A DNA stretch of 32,000 nt from Candidatus Saganbacteria bacterium (GTDB taxonomy: Bacteria > Margulisbacteria > WOR-1 > JAKLHX01). Position numbers and translations under genes: made by a program. The notes beneath the pieces are model-generated. The model worked only from the letters and a program-made list of their open reading frames with translations, was not told the DNA's origin and did not search any database. The stretch lies in assembly GCA_026387835.1 (NCBI GenBank), contig JAPLKZ010000005.1, positions 150,001 through 182,000 on the forward strand. The letters are read 5' to 3'. Of the stretch, positions 26,797 to 32,000 are shown in pieces (positions within the stretch are counted from its first letter, which is position 1; each line of letters begins with the position of its first letter).

Positions 26797-28644
26797 ATGA
26801 ATATTCAGGGATTTACAATGAGAAATATTTCCGCTTCCATGAGGAGCGGGTGTATCCCGGCGAGGGCACTGACTGAATTTGACAGGCAAAGATTTCGTAT
26901 CGTTAAAGGTCTTCAGGATCCGTACGGCCGGTTTGTTTATGCCCCGGAATCTGCGAGCATTTCCATGACACGAAAGTGCAATTCAACCTTTTGCCCTCAA
27001 TGTGCCCCTGATTCTACAGCAGGTTCAAACCTTTCTCTAAGCAGAGAACAAGTCAAAAAAATTATGGGCGATCTCGCAGAGATTCCCATCAATATGCTAT
27101 ATATCGAGGGTGGCGAACCGACACTTGAACTTGATAATACATTACTGGCGTCCCGTCTTGGAGCGCATATTTTAAACATGTACGGATTTAGTCTCGAGAG
27201 CAATCTCTCGTGGGCATCTACAGAGGATAGCACAACTGAAATGCTGTCAAGGCTGGCAACCCAGGGGATCGAGCGAAATAGAAAAATCTTTGTGACAGGA
27301 GGGAACCTCGACTCTTTTCATGATTTTGTCCCATTGCAAAATCACATCAATCTTGTGCGTCAATTCTGGCGATATTTCCCAAGCGGGGAAATGGTATTCT
27401 CCCGTTTGGAAGACCCTAACGACGACTCGGTAACAAGATTTATCCAACTTCTTAAGGAACAAGGCTGGCGTTGCGATTATAAGGAGATCCCGACAGACCC
27501 AGAATTATATCAAACTCCGGCAGTTGAAGAGATAAATATTGATATGGGGTCCCATGCGGGAGGTAAAAGAAAGATCTGCATACAGCATAAATTCCCTGTC
27601 CTTGTAGGCAGGGGAAAACAGCTGAGGCAAACCCCTTACTTGGACTGGCTAAACGCAGCAAGAGGAAAGCAGGTCGACATGCGAGAAGATAAAAGCACTA
27701 TATTTCCTGAAGCTGTCGAAAGCGAAGGGCAAATCGTGAGCATAGGATGGGACGGTCTCGTTTATCTTAATCCTATGTTCATGCATACGCAGACGTATCC
27801 GCTGGGCTCGATCGACGAGGAAGACCTGTATTCGATAATCAAGAGGGCAAATAAAGATCCGCTAGTGAGACGGCTGGTGGCAAGAGGATTCGGAAGTATT
27901 TTTAGGGTCGCTGCAAAGATATTTCCGCAGCTTGCGCATTTTGACCCAAGGCTGGGCATAAATGAAATCTGCATAGATACTCTTCAAAATCCTGAGCAGA
28001 ATCTTGCAATACTTGAAGGGATATTGAGAGAAGAAGGAGAGTTAACTACTGCAGCGGCAAGGTTGAAATCCGCCCCGGATAGTATTGACATAAAAGCTGC
28101 ATTACAGGACTATGCGAGCCGGGACTGGACAGGAATCGAGAATACTTTTGTATGGTGCGCAACAGATAAGGTCGCGGAGCTTACGGTAGAAAAGCAGATT
28201 GAGACGATCAGCGCAACGGACCTCAAAGGATTTGAGACGCAGATCCTGTTCTCTCTTGTAATGAGAGCAGAAGAAAAAAGGAAAAAAGAGCTGCTGTGCA
28301 TGGCGGTGGCGGATAAAGCACTTTTATTAAAACTTTTTGGCCCGCCGATGTATTCGGATTATATTGACGGGCAAAAAGAGTTTGCCTGTAAAGTATTTGC
28401 GGGCATAATTGCGGAAAAGGGGAGTATCCCTCTTCCTGCAGACGAAAAAGAAGAAAAACCGTTTTTAGACGTGCTTGTGGCATTATTAAACATCGGCGCG
28501 ATAGATATTTTCTTTAAAAAATATGAAGTATTGCCTGGCACTGATCAAGCAAAGATGAATAAAATCATTTTAAAAGACGCCGATCTTTTCTCTGTAATTG
28601 TTGACAGATTAGGGGACGCATGGATGAAGAAAGGCCCGAAATGA
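26797..28644 (+). CDS. Radical-SAM-like protein with non-canonical CX4CX2C and a long helical C-terminal extension
   Basis: SMTRKCNSTFCPQCA (Cys61/66/69, nt 26977-27003) is followed by the SAM-binding-like LYIEGGEPTL, then SLESNLSW, VTGGNLDSFHD, and a Cys-less SPASM-like stretch VSIGWDGLVYLNPMF...PLGSIDEEDLYSII. The last 230 aa or so are unrecognised. Confidence 0.5.
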   Translation: MNIQGFTMRNISASMRSGCIPARALTEFDRQRFRIVKGLQDPYGRFVYAPESASISMTRKCNSTFCPQCAPDSTAGSNLSLSREQVKKIMGDLAEIPINMLYIEGGEPTLELDNTLLASRLGAHILNMYGFSLESNLSWASTEDSTTEMLSRLATQGIERNRKIFVTGGNLDSFHDFVPLQNHINLVRQFWRYFPSGEMVFSRLEDPNDDSVTRFIQLLKEQGWRCDYKEIPTDPELYQTPAVEEINIDMGSHAGGKRKICIQHKFPVLVGRGKQLRQTPYLDWLNAARGKQVDMREDKSTIFPEAVESEGQIVSIGWDGLVYLNPMFMHTQTYPLGSIDEEDLYSIIKRANKDPLVRRLVARGFGSIFRVAAKIFPQLAHFDPRLGINEICIDTLQNPEQNLAILEGILREEGELTTAAARLKSAPDSIDIKAALQDYASRDWTGIENTFVWCATDKVAELTVEKQIETISATDLKGFETQILFSLVMRAEEKRKKELLCMAVADKALLLKLFGPPMYSDYIDGQKEFACKVFAGIIAEKGSIPLPADEKEEKPFLDVLVALLNIGAIDIFFKKYEVLPGTDQAKMNKIILKDADLFSVIVDRLGDAWMKKGPK

Positions 28645-28651
28645 TATCTGT

Positions 28652-28675
28652 AAAAGCTGGGGCCAGGCGAAGTAA
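28652..28675 (+). repeat. Direct repeat copy 2 (displaced remnant of the polA 3' end)
   Basis: Identical over 24 bp to 26654-26677. With upstream GATATCtGT it reads D-I-C-K-S-W-G-Q-A-K-stop in the polA frame, against the authentic [12 protein letters not shown]-stop. Confidence 0.9.
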
Positions 28676-28702
28676 TCGCCCCATTATTCCGCTCAAAATG
28701 GA

Positions 28703-28733
28703 TGAAATAATTTAAATAAATAATCGATATATT
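28703..28733 (+). promoter_or_regulatory. Alternative-sigma-type promoter, copy E: TGAAAT-N16-CGATATATT; the ATG lies 6 nt after CGATAT
   Basis: Sequence gaTGAAATaatttaaataaataatCGATATATTtatATG. There is no room for a leader or a Shine-Dalgarno sequence. Confidence 0.6.
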
Positions 28734-28736
28734 TAT

Positions 28737-30185
28737 ATGCAATTCAAATGGATACATGAAGGGCCGATATATCAGGCGATGGTTAAAGACCATGGAGGTT
28801 TTACCGCTATAAAAAGAAGATTGCCTTATCTTGCGGAAAGGAATATAAAGACTATTTGGTTATGCGGCGTCCAAGAGAACCATAACGGGGTCTCGCCCTT
28901 CGCCTTAACGGACCCGCTGGCAGTCGAAAAAAAATATGGTACCGAGGACGATCTAAGGGATCTGATCAATACCGGGCATGAAAAGCACGGGTTCAGGTTC
29001 ATCGGTGATTCCATATTGAACCACGTTTCAAGAAGCAGTGCATTACTAAGGAGCCATTCTGACTGGTTCTTAAGATACCCGAGCGGTTGGATAAGATATG
29101 GCACTGACCTTAACAATGAAAGCGTAGATAAGCCTTTTGTGCCGGGAAAAGATTGTTGGAGGTTCGAGGATACGGCGCAATTTGATTTCCTGGCCCCGGG
29201 ATTAAAACAGTATTTGATAGACTCCGGATATTTCATGCTTAACCTAGGCTTTGACGGGCTGAGGATGGATGCGCCAATGGCGCTCCTAAAAAATAGAATG
29301 AAATATAATTGGTACCGGGGCAGAGAACATGAAGTGGATAAAGTGTTCCGGGATGAACTCCTCAGAGAGTTCATATATCTTATGAGGGAAAGAAGAAATG
29401 ATGCCTGTTTTGTGGCGGAATCTTTTCAGATGCATAAAGAGATGATCTCTTGCGGGATCGATGTGGCCTATGATCCGGGATGCGTATATAAGGCATACGA
29501 TGTTTTTAAACGTCTTGCAGATGTGGAGACATTCGATAGATATCTCAGCGACATCTGTTCGAATGGAGGTGAAAGTTCGTTCTGCATGGCCCATTTCAAG
29601 GACGGACATGATATAAGGGATACCCGCTGCAATGACGAAGGAATGAAAAAACCAAGGAACCTTGACCCTGCCGAGCTCAAGGTGGTGGCGACGCTTATTG
29701 CGACCATGCCCGGGGTGCCGATGTTATTCAACGGGGAGCTTGAGGCGGTCAGAGGATACGGCTATGACAGGGAAGGCACTTCTTTTATAGATTTCGGCAA
29801 CATCGACGGTGACCTTGCCTCTTTCAATTATGCCCTTTCCAAATTGTGGCGCATGCCGCTGTTCAGACAAGGCGGAACCGATTATCTTCCTACAAGGGAC
29901 GGATGGACATCCGGCGGTATAAGGGCATTTGCGAGGCAGTTCAACGGCGAAAAGGCTGTCGTCGCGGTAAATATGCATTCAGATTACGCGTGGACAGCTT
30001 ACAGGTCATTTGGTGTCGATCCTCTTCTCTGGGGTCTTGGGGACGGCCGTAAGATCATGGTGCGTGACATGATGACCGGCCAGCTGTTCCATGAGACGTC
30101 AGCCGGTGATCTGAGGACGAACGGACTTAAAGTCGGGCTTTGGCCCAAGGGTTCTCAGGTCCTGCAGCTGATACCGAAAGATTGA
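28737..30185 (+). CDS. Alpha-amylase-family (GH13) catalytic-domain protein, cytoplasmic
   Basis: All four GH13 regions are present: GDSILNHVS (I), GFDGLRMDAPM (II, nucleophile Asp), FVAESF (III, Glu), and AHFKDGHD (IV). There is no signal peptide. Confidence 0.8.
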   Translation: MQFKWIHEGPIYQAMVKDHGGFTAIKRRLPYLAERNIKTIWLCGVQENHNGVSPFALTDPLAVEKKYGTEDDLRDLINTGHEKHGFRFIGDSILNHVSRSSALLRSHSDWFLRYPSGWIRYGTDLNNESVDKPFVPGKDCWRFEDTAQFDFLAPGLKQYLIDSGYFMLNLGFDGLRMDAPMALLKNRMKYNWYRGREHEVDKVFRDELLREFIYLMRERRNDACFVAESFQMHKEMISCGIDVAYDPGCVYKAYDVFKRLADVETFDRYLSDICSNGGESSFCMAHFKDGHDIRDTRCNDEGMKKPRNLDPAELKVVATLIATMPGVPMLFNGELEAVRGYGYDREGTSFIDFGNIDGDLASFNYALSKLWRMPLFRQGGTDYLPTRDGWTSGGIRAFARQFNGEKAVVAVNMHSDYAWTAYRSFGVDPLLWGLGDGRKIMVRDMMTGQLFHETSAGDLRTNGLKVGLWPKGSQVLQLIPKD

Positions 30186-30222
30186 TCCTTCCGGCGCATT
30201 TCTTAGAGCACCTAAAAAATAC

Positions 30223-30253
30223 TGAAATTTCAGATATTTCCCGACGATAGATA
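30223..30253 (+). promoter_or_regulatory. Alternative-sigma-type promoter, copy B: TGAAAT-N16-CGATAGATA, upstream of the 256-aa orphan
   Basis: Sequence acTGAAATttcagatatttcccgaCGATAGATAtatg. It has the same CTGAAATTTCAG palindrome (30222-30233) as copy A. Confidence 0.65.
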
Positions 30254-30304
30254 TATGAGTTCAAAAAGAGCTCAATTAATAAGTTCCAATAAAGGAGAAA
30301 TGCG

Positions 30305-31075
30305 ATGAGTATATATGCTTTTCAAGCTGGATCAAAAAGAATAGATATTGGCGGACGTCTGGCAATGGACGTGCTTCCCGCGGCTCATCTTAAGAGGTTC
30401 CTGGCTAACGGGATCCTTCCGAGAACCCGGCTTTACGGAGATTTACGCACAGTCGATCTCAGAAATCCTAATATGCCGGTCGAAGTGGAGGAGGCGGCAC
30501 GCCTTCAGAAATTCCTCGGCAAGGAAGCATATGCCAAAATGGCCGCCCGCGAGCCTATTCAACTTGCTGTCAGGACTTCGGTAAACACGCCAAAATATGC
30601 TATGAATGAATATCCTTATAAATATATATCGCTTGCATTTTCCCTTTTTGGCAGCCCCGGCGAAGGACGGGCATATAATATGGTCATAACTCCGTATGCC
30701 GGGCTAAGTCATCCGGTCATGGAATTTAACTGGGCGGATATATTTTCGCACGGCACAGACTGTTTACCGTATTTCAATCTGACAAGACTTGAGATCATCA
30801 AGAACCCAGACACTAACTCGACTTCAAAATTCCTTGTCAGGAGAATGCAGCTGGTTGACAGGCATGACCAGGGACTGGCAGCTGTTTTTTTCAAGAACAC
30901 TCCGTTATCCGCCTGGACGGGACTTGTCGATCCTCCCGGAACGAAAGGGAAGGATAACAGATATATGGGAATGTATTTTTTGGGCAATTTAGCCTGCGCG
31001 CTTGACCGTATCGAGAAAATGTTCCCTGTGCATCAAGCTCTTGATCGCGATTTGAGAAAGAAAGAAGAGGCTTAG
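30305..31075 (+). CDS. Hypothetical protein, no recognisable domain
   Basis: 256-aa ORF with the RBS AAAGGAG 7 nt upstream of the ATG. No overlapping ORF on either strand is longer (longest 92 aa), and the composition is non-repetitive. Confidence 0.7.
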   Translation: MSIYAFQAGSKRIDIGGRLAMDVLPAAHLKRFLANGILPRTRLYGDLRTVDLRNPNMPVEVEEAARLQKFLGKEAYAKMAAREPIQLAVRTSVNTPKYAMNEYPYKYISLAFSLFGSPGEGRAYNMVITPYAGLSHPVMEFNWADIFSHGTDCLPYFNLTRLEIIKNPDTNSTSKFLVRRMQLVDRHDQGLAAVFFKNTPLSAWTGLVDPPGTKGKDNRYMGMYFLGNLACALDRIEKMFPVHQALDRDLRKKEEA

Positions 31076-31117
31076 GATTAAGCAATATCTGTTTATTTGT
31101 TAAAACCTGTTTAACGG

Positions 31118-31594
31118 CTAAAAAGTTGTAGTTCGCCCCTTTTTATCAGATCTTAACGTTCTGAAGAAATCTTTTAATATATCCATGCAATCTTCTTTGC
31201 AAACGTCCTTGATAATTTTTACCTTGTGATTTAACCGCTTGCTCTTTAAGATGTTCATGATGCTTCCCGCAGCCCCGGCTTTCGGGTCAGCAGTGCCATA
31301 GATCAAAGTCCTTATCCTTGAAAGGACCATGGCTCCGGCGCACATGGGGCAGGGCTCGAGCGTTGTGTACAGATCGACCTTGTTAAGTCTCCATGTTTTC
31401 ATCTTTTTTACTGCTTTTTGCAGGCACAGAAGCTCGGCATGGGCGGTCGGGTCATTCCTTTTTTCTTTCTCGTTGTGAGCCCTTGCGATGACCTTGCCGT
31501 CGAGGACCGCCACTGCGCCGATGGGAACGTCGCCGGTCTTAAGTGCTTTGTTGGCCTCTTTGATGGCAGACCGCATAAAATGTTCATGTTTCAT
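31118..31594 (-). CDS. tadA: tRNA adenosine(34) deaminase
   Basis: Zinc motifs HAELLCL and PCPMCAGA. It is 158 aa. Confidence 0.92.
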   Translation of the reverse strand: MKHEHFMRSAIKEANKALKTGDVPIGAVAVLDGKVIARAHNEKEKRNDPTAHAELLCLQKAVKKMKTWRLNKVDLYTTLEPCPMCAGAMVLSRIRTLIYGTADPKAGAAGSIMNILKSKRLNHKVKIIKDVCKEDCMDILKDFFRTLRSDKKGRTTTF

Positions 31595-31600
31595 TCTTCA

Positions 31601-31606
31601 ATTTTA
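31601..31606 (-). promoter_or_regulatory. -10 box TAAAAT, 6 nt before the tadA ATG
   Basis: The minus strand reads aaggTAAAATtgaagaATG. Confidence 0.45.
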
Positions 31607-31616
31607 CCTTTCTCTA

Positions 31617-31625
31617 TGCTAAAAT
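31617..31625 (+). promoter_or_regulatory. Extended -10 box TGcTAAAAT, 11 nt before the pyrR ATG
   Basis: Sequence taTGCTAAAATgaaaggcacaaATG. Confidence 0.5.
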
Positions 31626-31636
31626 GAAAGGCACAA

Positions 31637-32000
31637 ATGGCAAAAGAAAAGATAATAATGGACGGCCCGGATATAGCAAGAGCCGTCAAAAAAATAGCGC
31701 ATGAGATAATCGAAAAGAACAAAGGCGCCAAGAACATCGTTTTCGTGGGGATTCTTGAAGGCGGCTACCCGCTTGCGAAGAGGATTGCCAATATCATTAA
31801 AAGTGCAGCGGGTGAAAACATCGACGTTGGCGGGATCGACGTGTCTTTTTACAGGGACGATCTCATGGTAAAAGGGAAGAATATAACACCGAAAAAATCA
31901 GATATCCTATTCTCTGTGGACAAGAAGACCGTTATCCTCGTCGATGATGTGCTTTTCCACGGGAGGACCGTGCGTGCCGCCCTCGACAACCTGAACGATT
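31637..32000 (+). CDS. pyrR: Bifunctional pyrimidine regulatory protein / uracil phosphoribosyltransferase, partial (runs off the right edge)
   Basis: My translation reads MAKEKIIMDGPDIARAVKKIAHEIIEKNKG...VFVGILEGGYPLAKRI...VILVDDVLFHGRTVRAAL, which includes the PRPP-binding loop. Confidence 0.85.
   Translation, partial: MAKEKIIMDGPDIARAVKKIAHEIIEKNKGAKNIVFVGILEGGYPLAKRIANIIKSAAGENIDVGGIDVSFYRDDLMVKGKNITPKKSDILFSVDKKTVILVDDVLFHGRTVRAALDNLND

Noticed and set aside
26678-28651. The region between the polA-end repeats as an IS element or transposon
   Set aside because: I saw no terminal inverted repeats and no transposase- or integrase-like ORF. I kept it only as an insertion footprint of unknown mechanism.
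31099-31115. Hairpin GTTAAA-acctg-TTTAAC between the orphan gene and tadA as a terminator
   Set aside because: The stem is 6 bp and almost all A/T, so stability is too low to call confidently.

Overview
32-kb window from a diderm bacterium, judged from the LPS and outer-membrane genes present. The taxon cannot be assigned from sequence alone. The backbone is ordinary. It starts with a long minus-strand envelope-glycan block: three GT2, three GT4, an SDR epimerase, two LpxB-related GT-B proteins flanking an MsbA-type ABC exporter, and thrC. It continues with purN-purH, an outer-membrane beta-barrel, tsaC, a TPR protein, an LptC/LptA-like protein, trxB, rpsB-tsf-polA, tadA and a partial pyrR. 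I found no rRNA, tRNA, CRISPR array, transposase or integrase. The main result is regulatory. All eight genes without a clear housekeeping or envelope role (six transcription units) sit directly behind a copy of one bipartite promoter-like motif, TGAAAT-N16-CGAT(A). They are two tandem DUF4116-repeat genes, a HIT-like HxHxQ protein, a disrupted PPP-phosphatase gene, a 615-aa radical-SAM-like protein, a GH13 alpha-amylase-family protein and a 256-aa orphan. The six motif copies are all intergenic and correctly oriented. The motif geometry matches sigma-28 (FliA/SigD/WhiG) or ECF sigW-type promoters, so it points to an uncharacterised alternative-sigma regulon. Housekeeping genes instead carry TGnTATAAT-type -10 boxes, often only 6-11 nt from the start codon, which suggests leaderless or near-leaderless mRNAs. 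The 615-aa gene is bracketed by a duplication of the last codons of polA (24 bp exact, about 39 bp degenerate), which suggests a 2-kb insertion at the polA 3' end. Function calls rest on motifs read from the supplied translations. No database search was possible.
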